IMG/VR virus record: IMGVR_UViG_3300031998_000061
Location: 6,976-70,975 of that record
From: a virus
Lineage: Duplodnaviria; Caudoviricetes
Strand: one strand, 5' to 3'
Length of the DNA stretch: 64,000 nucleotides
Below the pieces are notes generated by a model, which worked only from the letters and a program-made list of their open reading frames with translations, did not search any database and was not told the origin of the DNA. Position numbers and translations under genes: made by a program. How positions within the stretch are numbered: the first letter of the stretch is position 1; each line of letters opens with the position of its first letter. Positions 55,185-64,000 of the stretch are shown piece after piece.

Positions 55185-55970
55185 TCAATCCTCTTCCGTT
55201 CTTTGAGTTGTCTTGTTGTTCAATTCTGATTCTCTGACAATCTCCGCATTTGCCCGCATGACTTTTGTCTTTACTTGCAGATTGCCTTTAATTATTTCCG
55301 CTGTTGTTTCTACTTCATAATCATCATTCTGCTGCTCGTTTTCGGTGAAGTCCTTATAGATTTTCAAAAGCTCGTTTTCTGTCTGAACTTTTGACGGCAG
55401 CTTGTAATGCGGTATGCTTCTTTGCCCGACATACTCAATATCTTCAATAAGTGCTTTCTGCTCGTCTGTCAGCTTGTCGGGCGTTTTCATTGTTGCGTCG
55501 ATGTATTCAAACCCTTTATCAGAGTGTTTCAGCTCAATGTCATAAAACTCATGCGGTTTCATATTCAGACGCGCTTGTTTTCGTGCGATAATGTCTTTGA
55601 CAGTCGTTTCCAAGTCAAGTTTCGTCAAGCTCTTTAGAAACTGCGAATTGATGTTTTTAATCTCTGCAATTATTAACGGCTTTCTCAAAAGCTGCTCTGC
55701 TTGTGTCTTTGCAGTCTTTACGGAATATCCGGCTTGCCTTGCCGCTTCTGCTGCATTTTTTTTAAGAGAAGATTGATTGCACCAATAGACAACAAAAAGT
55801 TTTTGCGCATCCGTCAGAGGTTGAGACCATTTAAATTCAGTGTCAACATCGATGTATTTATTTCCGTTGAATACGGCAATAAGTGAGTGTTTCTTTTTTG
55901 TCAGTGTCTTTTTTTGTTTTGCAGAAGTTTTATTGACTTCGATGTTCGTTACTTCCGTTTCCATGCTCAA
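55185..55970 (-). CDS. Terminase small subunit
   Basis: LTDAQKLFV...NAAEAARQAGYSVKTAKTQAEQLLRKP. Confidence 0.88.
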   Translation of the reverse strand: MSMETEVTNIEVNKTSAKQKKTLTKKKHSLIAVFNGNKYIDVDTEFKWSQPLTDAQKLFVVYWCNQSSLKKNAAEAARQAGYSVKTAKTQAEQLLRKPLIIAEIKNINSQFLKSLTKLDLETTVKDIIARKQARLNMKPHEFYDIELKHSDKGFEYIDATMKTPDKLTDEQKALIEDIEYVGQRSIPHYKLPSKVQTENELLKIYKDFTENEQQNDDYEVETTAEIIKGNLQVKTKVMRANAEIVRESELNNKTTQRTEED

Positions 55971-56118
55971 CCGCCTTGCATGTATGCAGCAGAAAACCGC
56001 TGAACTTATGACCTCTTTCGTTTACGATGGTTATTTCATTAACCTCGCACACCGCAACTGATTCATAGCCTGTCGCTATGTACTTAACCTCTTTTCCGCA
56101 CTTCGGGCAAAACTGCAT
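55930..56118 (-). CDS. Small zinc-ribbon protein
   Basis: CPKCG...H.C. Confidence 0.6.
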   Translation of the reverse strand: MQFCPKCGKEVKYIATGYESVAVCEVNEITIVNERGHKFSGFLLHTCKAVEHGNGSNEHRSQ

Positions 56119-56119
56119 G

Positions 56120-56476
56120 TTACACCCCCAAAAGCTGCCGCAATGTTTCGGCGCGATATGTTGAGTATGTCGCGTACCCTGTCAGTTTTCCTTCGGTAAG
56201 TTCAAAAGCGATAAAGCCGCAGAAATTCCGTTGACCGCCGAATTCGTTGAGAATTTCAGCGACAAATTCTTGTTCTGGTTTCGTACCGGCAAATTTTTTC
56301 AAGAGTTGGTCATAGTTAGAATATTCATTGATTGAAACAGGCTTGCCGAATTCATAGCTGATTTTAGTAACCAGTGTTTTTTTAGAATCCTGCAATTTCT
56401 TGAGATATTTTTGTATTTTTTCTGTCATCATAATTACCCCTAAACGGTCAAGCTCTAAGGTAACTGATTCAGACAT
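56120..56476 (-). CDS. Hypothetical protein
   Basis: Operon position. Confidence 0.6.
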   Translation of the reverse strand: MSESVTLELDRLGVIMMTEKIQKYLKKLQDSKKTLVTKISYEFGKPVSINEYSNYDQLLKKFAGTKPEQEFVAEILNEFGGQRNFCGFIAFELTEGKLTGYATYSTYRAETLRQLLGV

Positions 56477-56498
56477 CTTTTCTTTTCTTAATTATATT

Positions 56499-57026
56499 TT
56501 AGTTTTTTTTGATTATCAATTCAGCAAGAATCTCAAACTTTGAGAGCGGCATTACCACAACTCTATGCATCGGCAGCAGCTTGCTTTTGATAAACAAAAG
56601 CCAGTTGTCCAGATCATCACAGTTGCTTTCGGCTTGCCGTACCCATTCCGGCAGAGATATTGTGTTCACGTTCTTGCACTCAATGCAGAACGGAAATTTC
56701 TTCTTTGCCTCGCCTCTAAGAATTACATCAGTTCCGTTCAAGCCGGATTCCCTCGAATGAATAGGGCAATCATCTGACTGCTGATTGTATTCTATGCCTG
56801 TGATTCGTGAAATCATCGCGCAAATTTCTTTCTGCCAGTCCAAGCCCTTCTGCTTTGCGGAACGCGGCTTTATTTTCTGCATTGATTTTTCAATGCGCTT
56901 TGCCAACTTCTCGTTTGCCTTTGTGTTCTCGCTCCGCAACAGTGCAATGATTTTCTTTTTTTCATCGGCATTAAGTGTAAGAACCAAAATACAGCCCCCT
57001 AAAATTCCGGATATGGATATAAACAA
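56499..57026 (-). CDS. PD-(D/E)XK nuclease, Holliday junction resolvase-like
   Basis: KQKGLDWQKEI...GTDV...IECKN. Confidence 0.75.
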   Translation of the reverse strand: MFISISGILGGCILVLTLNADEKKKIIALLRSENTKANEKLAKRIEKSMQKIKPRSAKQKGLDWQKEICAMISRITGIEYNQQSDDCPIHSRESGLNGTDVILRGEAKKKFPFCIECKNVNTISLPEWVRQAESNCDDLDNWLLFIKSKLLPMHRVVVMPLSKFEILAELIIKKN

Positions 57027-57616
57027 TGACCGTACACCCGATGGCGTTGGTCTAAGTTTTCAGGCTTGTCTGGGTCTTTCGGCTCTACGTTTGTTGACGG
57101 CGACCGCTTGCACAAGAGAATAAGCGACTTTATCCAATCATTCTCATATAAGAAATTTTCCACAGTGCCGAAGCAACCGCAAAGCGTGTCAAGGCTTTTC
57201 TGACCGAAACAAAAAGCTGGTGTTCCATACATGATAAGATTGCTTTGTACTATGCCGTCCATCAAAAAGCCCAAGATTGCAGAAGTTGCACCACCCTGAC
57301 TCCACCCTGTAAAGAACCACTGATAGCCAATCGGAAACTTACTGTTAAGCCAGTCTTCGTAGACGTAATTAAAAACTGCTTTTGCTTGCAAATAAAAGCC
57401 AAGCGTTGTGATTATTTTCTTCTTTCCGTTCGTAACAACTACAGGTATTACGAGAAAGTTGAAAACCCAATCCCACAATGTTTTTGTTTCCTGCATTTCA
57501 ACAAAGATGCGTTTTTCTTTCTTGTCGATTCTATATCTCCAGTTTGCGCCGGTTTTCTTGTCGAGATTATAATCGCGGCTCAACTGGATTTCGTTAAATA
57601 GATCCAAATATTTCAC
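56999..57616 (-). CDS. Lipase class 3-like alpha/beta hydrolase
   Basis: FTGWSQGGA (GxSxG), YGTP, ENDWI, terminal His. Confidence 0.75.
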   Translation of the reverse strand: MKYLDLFNEIQLSRDYNLDKKTGANWRYRIDKKEKRIFVEMQETKTLWDWVFNFLVIPVVVTNGKKKIITTLGFYLQAKAVFNYVYEDWLNSKFPIGYQWFFTGWSQGGATSAILGFLMDGIVQSNLIMYGTPAFCFGQKSLDTLCGCFGTVENFLYENDWIKSLILLCKRSPSTNVEPKDPDKPENLDQRHRVYGHCLYPYPEF

Positions 57617-58227
57617 TGTTCAGCTCCGTTTTTAAGCATTTTATAGTTAAGGTTTACAGCCGCAAGATAGCTTATAGTTGTATCGGGAATATTGCCCTGC
57701 ATGACGGCGGCAGAACCGCAATTATATGCCATGATTACATCGTCTTTTACTTTCAGTGATTCTGACAAATCAGACAAAAGGTGTAAGGCAATAAATGTAT
57801 TCATTTTCCAGTTGAAAGGGTCAAATTCGCTTTCGAGCTTCCAATATCGCGGCACAAAATTTGCCCATAAATACCTGTCGTTTAATTGCCATAAACCGAT
57901 GTCTATAGTTCCGTTCGGGTTTGTATGCACGGCTTCCGTTATAAGCTGCGGATTTTCCCGCAACAGAATTGAAACAGCTAGATCCGTATCAACATCAAGC
58001 TGATTACCCAAAAGACAGATATAATCGCTTATTTCCGTCGGCAAAAAATCATATTTGCCTTTTACTTCTTCCGCTACCGCTTCCGGCACGCCGAATTCGC
58101 AATAGACGATTTTTTCTTTCGCTTTCCGTGATTTTGAGAACGCCGACATTCCGGCGCAAAAAAACAGAAAAGAAACTGCAAGCAGAATTCCTACTGCTGC
58201 ATAAATTTTAGTTTTTGGTATGTTCAT
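57613..58227 (-). CDS. Lytic transglycosylase (SLT) with N-terminal membrane anchor
   Basis: ILLRENP (catalytic E), NGTIDIGLWQLN, AYNCG. Confidence 0.85.
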   Translation of the reverse strand: MNIPKTKIYAAVGILLAVSFLFFCAGMSAFSKSRKAKEKIVYCEFGVPEAVAEEVKGKYDFLPTEISDYICLLGNQLDVDTDLAVSILLRENPQLITEAVHTNPNGTIDIGLWQLNDRYLWANFVPRYWKLESEFDPFNWKMNTFIALHLLSDLSESLKVKDDVIMAYNCGSAAVMQGNIPDTTISYLAAVNLNYKMLKNGAEQ

Positions 58228-58239
58228 ACCGCCCCTCCG

Positions 58240-58737
58240 CTATCTATTATCACCCGAACCGCTTATCACGTTCCGGGCTTTTCTATCCTCAAGTTTTTTG
58301 ATGTTCAGCTCCATAACTTCCGACAAAGAAAGGTCGAGCACAGAACATATTTCTGCTATCATCCACAAGCAATCGCCCAATTCTTTTGAAATAGCCAGCT
58401 TATCTTCATTGGAAATCGCGCCGCCTTTGTCGCGGATAATTTTTGCGAATTTTCCGGCAACTTCTCCGGCTTCTTCCGTAAGTCCGTGAGACGGATAATC
58501 CCATTCGAGAGATTCTTTAATTCTCAATTCTCCGTCAACAGTCTCAACGATTACAGGTATCTCGTACATCTTAAAACTGAGCGCTTTTTTCTGGTAAATA
58601 TCAGCCTCGCTTTGTTCCATGCCGTATATAACAGCTTTCTGAACAAGCTCCCAGACCCATTTATGGAATCCCGGAATATTCTGTCTGTCTGCGTATTCCC
58701 TTGCAATTTCTTCTTGATTCATATTTTCACCTTCCAT
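58240..58737 (-). CDS. MazG-like nucleotide pyrophosphohydrolase
   Basis: GLTEEAGEV...KELGDCLW...NIKKL. Confidence 0.88.
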   Translation of the reverse strand: MEGENMNQEEIAREYADRQNIPGFHKWVWELVQKAVIYGMEQSEADIYQKKALSFKMYEIPVIVETVDGELRIKESLEWDYPSHGLTEEAGEVAGKFAKIIRDKGGAISNEDKLAISKELGDCLWMIAEICSVLDLSLSEVMELNIKKLEDRKARNVISGSGDNR

Positions 58738-59338
58738 GTGTGTTTTCTATGCAGTCTTGATAATATGCAGCAGGTTTGTAATTTACGCCTGTATTGTTGT
58801 GATCAAGATGAATGAACACCGTGTTTTTTATAAACTTATAGCAGACATAACCGCTGCAAAAACTGGACGTTTTGCCGTTAAAAGATACTTTCTTATCCGG
58901 GATAATAAATTGAATGTCTCCATGCCGCAAAGAAGCAAAGAAAAAGCCTATTTCCTGATAGTTAATCGCCATCATGTTCATAAGCAACGCAAAAGGCTTT
59001 TCTTCGTAAACGCATTTTGTGAATACTTCGAGCTTTAATGAAAACGGCGGGTTTGAAACAACTATATCAGCTTCTTTCGGAATCGGCTTTTCAAAGAAAT
59101 CTTGCCCGGTCTCAAGACTGCCGAAAATGACATTGTAACCGGCTTCTTTAAGCGTTATTACGTACTCTGATTTTTCCGTATCAAACGGACAATAAATAGT
59201 GTGTGCAGCTCTGCCGCACTCTACTGCATTGGCAAAGATACAGAAATAATCATCAAGAAACGGAATCAGCGGCGTTACAAGCATTTTGGGCGTGTAGTAG
59301 TTGTCTGACTTGTTAAACGCTTTCTTAAAACTTTTCAT
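58727..59338 (-). CDS. Small adenine-specific DNA methyltransferase
   Basis: DNYYTP, CPFD, GQDFF, NPPFS. Confidence 0.8.
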   Translation of the reverse strand: MKSFKKAFNKSDNYYTPKMLVTPLIPFLDDYFCIFANAVECGRAAHTIYCPFDTEKSEYVITLKEAGYNVIFGSLETGQDFFEKPIPKEADIVVSNPPFSLKLEVFTKCVYEEKPFALLMNMMAINYQEIGFFFASLRHGDIQFIIPDKKVSFNGKTSSFCSGYVCYKFIKNTVFIHLDHNNTGVNYKPAAYYQDCIENTHGR

Positions 59339-60076
59339 TCTTCCCCCACAAATAAATCAAGCTGCTTTTCGCTTAAACTTGCTTCGTTTATCCGTCTTTC
59401 GCAAATCTCGTAAAACTTCGCGTCAATTTCCACGCCGATGAAATCCCTTTCCAGTTCCTTACAGGCAACGCCTGTTGTACCGCTTCCCATATAGCAATCC
59501 AGAATTACCCCCCCCCCTCGGAGAGCTAATGTTTATAAGGCGTTTCACCAGTTCAAGCGGCTTTTCGGCAGGGTGAATTCTTTTTGTGCAGCCGGTCAAA
59601 AACCACTTGCGGTAATAGTCCAAATCAAAACCCTTGCCCTGAAAAAACGTTCCTTTTGCCCTTATCAAGATGATGTATTCAAGGTCTGAAACATGGTGTG
59701 TTGAATGCGCCGGAATAGGGTTGGACTTTGCCATTACAAGAACATCGTATGTATAATTCTGCTTACGCGCCCAGTTGATATAATCTGCAATCAGCATTTT
59801 ATTGCAGAAAAAATATCCGTAAAAACTCTTCATTTTCGGCTTTAGCATGTCGAGTATTTCAACAGGATTGAAGACAACGGAATCCAGCTTCTCCAAGTCA
59901 TGCAGAAAATCAATATTCCTAGACCTTCCGTATTTTTCAAAATTGCTTTCGGAAAACATGCCGCTTCCGTGAATATTGCCGAACTGATAAGGCGGGTCAG
60001 TTACAACCAAATCAACGGATTTATCCGGCAGGGTAGGAATAATGTTCTTACAATCATCATTGTAGAGCTGAATCAT
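59335..60076 (-). pseudogene. N4/N6 DNA methyltransferase interrupted at a G10 tract (possibly phase-variable)
   Basis: DPPY and HPAEKP upstream of the tract; ILDCYMGSGTTG...FIGVEID continues in another frame and ends at TGA 59335-59337. Confidence 0.85.
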
Positions 60077-60082
60077 ACTACT

Positions 60083-60111
60083 ATAATATACTAAAAAGTA
60101 TATTATGTCAA
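60083..60111 (-). promoter_or_regulatory. Promoter with embedded 10-bp inverted repeat; probably yields a leaderless mRNA
   Basis: TTGACA-17-TATTAT, 6 nt before the ATG; ATAATATACT-aaaa-AGTATATTAT. Confidence 0.7.
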
Positions 60112-60152
60112 TTCAAAGATATATTTTATCTATTTTTAGCGATATATTTTGA

Positions 60153-61394
60153 CTATAAAAAAGCGTTAAAATCTTTCTTGAAAAGAAATTTCATGCATAT
60201 TTTTAATCTTTGAAAGAAGTTTGCGCTTCGCATCTTTGCTTCGATGTAGATTCTTACGTCTTCAAAAGCGGCTGAATAATTATTGTTCATTGCCTTTCTT
60301 ATCTGTCTTCTGTATTTTTCTCCCATGTTCCACCTCTTAATAAATATCAAACAGTTCCGGGTTCTTTTCTTTTTCAATACGCGCTTTTCTTTCAGCAAGC
60401 ACTTTATCTACTTCACCTTCATAACGCTTTGATATTGCCAAAGCATCCTGTGTTCGTGTTCTGAAATATTCCTTTTGCGCGGTTCTCATTTTCTCAACCA
60501 AATCAGCAAATTCGCCTGTTGTCATAACTTCACCACCTTATATGGAGTTTTTGAAAGTTCTTCGACTAATTTGTTGAAGTTTCTTTCCCTAATCTCTTTT
60601 GTCATACAAACAAGAACAGCTTCTCTTTTTGCTTCAAGATAACGAAACCCCTCTTCAAGTTCTTCTTTACTTGCTGAATAAGCAAACCGTGTTACATCAA
60701 AGCATGATATGTCTATCGGTGTATTAACAATCAGCTCTTTTTCTTCTGAAGTAAACTCTCGCATTTTTTATCCCCTGTTTCAAAATAAATTTGAATCGGT
60801 CTTAACAAACATTCTTTACAAGGCTCTGGGTAATCTTGATAAATGTCCAATCTAAAAGCTTTCCATTCCATTTCTTTAGATTTATGCTTGCAGTCCTGGC
60901 ACTCTTTCCTGAATTGTCGTCTGTCTAAAGTAAGCATCTTTTTACTCCGTCGTCTGTATGTCTTTTCCAGTTGTTTTTCTAAGGAATTCTGCAATCTTTT
61001 CAGATTCATGTCCTTCGTTCACAACGCCGAAAGTTTCTTTCAATGTCTTATTATCCGGTAGAGGTCTTTTGTTTTCCTGCCTCTTCCCAAAAGGTTTCTT
61101 TTCACGCATTTGTATTTTTCCCCATTGTTCTGCAGTAGCACAAACTAATATACGAGCATGAGTTTTACCCATTTCCTTAAAATCTGTTACCTTCTTATCC
61201 TTTATTTCTAACCAACCATTAAAAACTAGCTCTCCCATTGTTGGTTGTATTCCAAAATAATCTTTATAAACCTTAGAAAAGCCAGCTACATATTTTCTAA
61301 ACTTTTGACTAAAACCATTTTTGATTAAAAACCTCTGCATCATTGCTTTCTCAATGAAATTAAGAGCATTTAAGAATCTTTTAATCATTTTCAA
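60153..61394 (-). other. Cluster of five small overlapping hypothetical ORFs (60153-60398, 60337-60525, 60522-60764, 60731-61009, 60942-61394)
   Basis: Chained minus-strand ORFs; exact starts uncertain. Confidence 0.6.
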
Positions 61395-61740
61395 GCTCCT
61401 TTACATCAGTAAGATGTATCGCATATACAGGCTTGTCTATATGCAGGTCTGTGTCCTTGCCGTCAACTATCATAATCTTCTTGATATTGGCAGTCATATA
61501 TTGATTTGTATAACCAAGTCGAAGCTTGCATTTTAACTTAGCATCTTCTTCACACTTCACAGCAGAAAAAGTAAAATCTACATAATTACAAAATTTTCGA
61601 TTAAATCTTCTTTCAAACTCTTTAGACAGTTCTGAATAAATCCTTTGAGACCAATACGGCTTCACTTCCCTGTACTCAATCGTTTTCTCTCCGCTTTTGA
61701 TTTTCTCGTACCATTCTTTTTTCAAAGGAAATATCAGCAT
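61381..61740 (-). CDS. ASCH/PUA-like domain protein
   Basis: LKKEWYEKIKSGEKTIEYRE. Confidence 0.85.
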   Translation of the reverse strand: MLIFPLKKEWYEKIKSGEKTIEYREVKPYWSQRIYSELSKEFERRFNRKFCNYVDFTFSAVKCEEDAKLKCKLRLGYTNQYMTANIKKIMIVDGKDTDLHIDKPVYAIHLTDVKELEND

Positions 61741-63601
61741 GATTCAAGCTCCCGCCATTTTAAGATGTTTTTTGTATTTACAGCTGAAGCTCCTATTGTA
61801 GATTCCAAAATATCAAACCGCCAAAAATCATAATTCCAAAAACAAACAACAGGCGTATATTCTCCAAATCTGAATTTTTCTGGACTGTTTGAATAAACGT
61901 AAACTAAATAGAGTTTATCATCATCTGTTGTAGGTAGATCATTTGGGTTTTTCTTTAAGTCATGCCACCTTTTAACGTTGTTCTGACCATCGTTATAAAC
62001 TTCTTTTAATATGCCATAAAGTTCTTGTGTTATTTCTACACCAATTTCTGACATATCTAATTCTTTCTTGTAATATTCTTCAAATGTCATTCTTTTAGCT
62101 CCTATTATTTTTTACCTTTTTATTCTCAAGTTCTTTCCAACATTCATATCTACCAAGTTTTTCATAAGCATCATAAGCAAACTTAATTTCATCAGCATCA
62201 ACATGCCCATGATTTACTATCTCACGCAGAATATGAAATCTTGTTCTTACTTCAAGAAAGTTTTTATCATTTTTATATTTTTCCAGCTCTTTTGCGTAAT
62301 ATAAAGCATTGTCTATTGTTGCAATTTCACTTTCAGAAAAATCAATCTGAATATCTGTTGCAAGATGTGTTTCTTCATGACAATCGTATTTTATTATTCT
62401 CATATTAGCCCTCAATCCTTTTTCCGAGTTCAAGCACAAGCGTAGTATCTCCATCTGCATTCAGAATGTGATACCCAACTACTTTATAGTGTCCTTTTCC
62501 CTTCTGGCATACAATAAAATCCGTCTTGTTTTCAGCAAGCACCTTTTCAAAGTCTTTTCTTTCAATCAAATCCATTTCATTTCCCTCTCAAGAAATTTTT
62601 TGCTCGTTCAAGATATTTTTTATCTGCATCTGAAATCTTGTAGATTTCAAACTGCCTTAGAACTTCTTCCAAAATCTCCCTTGTTTTAATGAACTTGTCT
62701 TGCAGCGGAAAATACCTTTGTTGTGTTGTGGTTAAAGCTTTTTCCAGTTCTGCATTCTTCTGTTCAAGTTCTGCAATATATTCAAGTGCGATTCTTCCAA
62801 TTTCTGCACCAATATCAGAAAGTCTATATTTAATTCTTTCTGGTGAAAGTCTTTTAATAGGCGGAAACTTTTCTTTTGGCGCGTCGTATCTCTTCTTTAC
62901 GAATTCATTTATAGGTCTTTGAAACTTCCAATAAGGGCATTCTTTACAGCTCATGCTCTTATCAGAATTGAAAACCGGGCAGTCTTGTATATGCTGCTGA
63001 TAATCACAGTTTTCAAAGTTCTGCATCTGTTTTACTTGTGTTTCAAGCTCTGAATTCTGTTTCTGCAAATTTTCGATATAGGTTGTATCTATATCTGTTT
63101 TCAGATACTTTCTGCCAACCTTTATGTAAAAACTACCCTCATAGTCAACTTTCATCACAAACACCCTGCCTTTTCCCTGAATTCGTCAATCTGCTCATTC
63201 GTACACTTTTCAAGAAACTTCCATGCGATAACTTTCTGTTGCGTCCATGAGCAGCGGAAATCATTTTTCAGCTGATACATACCTTTATCAGCAAAGAAAA
63301 ATCCGTTTTGGTATTGACCTCTGTAATAGTTCCAGCCGCCGCTTATGTTGTCTTGATAGAGAATTACCATAACGTCGTAGAAAATGCCGTCTGACGGCGG
63401 TAAAGCGTCTTTTACGCTTCGGTAATCGTTCGTATTTTGGATTTTTTCTTTAAGCAGTCTGTTATCGTTGCATACCTTTATAATTTCCTCATGCAAATGT
63501 TCTAAGTCAGAAGGATAGGCATACATACCACTTTTGCGGTAATAAACCTCTTTAACAGACTGGAAATATTCTGTAAGCCTTTTGGGAATAATACTCTTCA
63601 T
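61734..63601 (-). other. Small early hypothetical ORFs (61734-62090, 62095-62403, 62405-62575, 62577-63164, 63155-63601)
   Basis: Translationally coupled chain; 62405-62575 (56 aa) is my own call. Confidence 0.6.
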
Positions 63602-64000
63602 TACTCATAGTCCTTATCTTTTGCTTTTACAAACTTGCCATCTTTAAGCGTATACCATGTATCAGCTTTGATTCTTTTGCCGTCAACTTTAGCAACACGA
63701 ACAAGGTCGATAAAATCTTGACAAGATTCATTGTCGTGGTGACATTCCGTAAGAACAATCCAAGAACCGATTGCGCCTTTTGCTCTGGTTTCTCGTCCAA
63801 CAGACAAGGCGACACTGCCTTTTCCGGCACTTGCGCCGCTCTTGTAGCCTGTTGCACTTGCGCCGCTACAGTTGCCTGTTGCACTTGCGCCGCTCTTGTA
63901 GCCTGTTGCACTTGCGCCGCTATAGTCGCCTGTTGCACTTGCGCCGCTACAGTTGCCTGTTGCACTTGCGCCGCTACAGTTGCCTGTTGCACTTGCGCCG
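63601..64000 (-). CDS. Phage protein with GASATG(NC/DY/YK)S nonapeptide repeats, runs off the window edge
   Basis: Frame of the 63601-63807 ORF stays open to the edge; C-terminal KVDGKRIKADTWYTLKDGKFV. Confidence 0.8.
   Translation of the reverse strand, partial: GASATGNCSGASATGNCSGASATGDYSGASATGYKSGASATGNCSGASATGYKSGASAGKGSVALSVGRETRAKGAIGSWIVLTECHHDNESCQDFIDLVRVAKVDGKRIKADTWYTLKDGKFVKAKDKDYE
63827..64000. repeat. 27-bp tandem repeat, at least 6 copies
   Basis: GGCGCAAGTGCAACAGGC-N6-AGC units on the minus strand. Confidence 0.95.

Larger units (their letters stand above)
1..64000 (-). mobile_element. Large contractile-tailed phage/prophage genome segment
   Basis: Colinear terminase, portal, protease, capsid, neck, sheath, tube, tape measure, baseplate, fibre and lysis genes; no host housekeeping genes seen. 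Confidence 0.97.

Noticed and set aside
63627-63992. 121-aa QQATVAAQV repeat ORF
   Set aside because: Alternative frame of the 27-bp repeat; the GASATG frame is continuous with a recognisable phage C-terminal domain
63827-64000. CRISPR array or DGR-type variation in the 27-bp repeats
   Set aside because: The variable part is only 6 nt, is reused, stays in frame and is not adenine-specific; no cas genes present
1-64000. Stop-codon reassignment
   Set aside because: Core genes are full length and densely packed under the standard code; no fragmentation at TAG or TGA

Overview
The whole window reads as part of one large tailed (contractile-tail, myovirus-like) phage or prophage genome in the standard genetic code, with almost all genes on the minus strand. 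Reading right to left along transcription: small early/middle ORFs (repeat protein, ASCH, two DNA methyltransferases, MazG, lytic transglycosylase, lipase, resolvase); terminase small and large subunits; portal; a block of probable virion-packaged effector proteins (MuF fused to a pyrophosphatase domain, a DarB-like methyltransferase-helicase, a DarA/DdrB-ParB-like protein, and a RelA/SpoT-type synthetase); a plus-strand island behind an XRE switch; prohead protease and major capsid; neck; sheath, tube, chaperones and tape measure; baseplate; and a tail fibre targeted by a complete diversity-generating retroelement (DGR). The DGR has a 116-bp VR/TR pair with 20 of 21 mismatches at TR adenines, a 16-bp hairpin, an RT with the SQ motif, and no recognisable avd gene. 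After it come a lysis cassette, a lone plus-strand DDE transposase with a phased palindrome array, and an early recombination operon. The host is tentatively a spirochaete (Treponema-like), inferred from a DUF261-like peptidase and the signal-peptide style; this is weak. All family assignments come from motifs recognised by eye. No database search or folding program was run.
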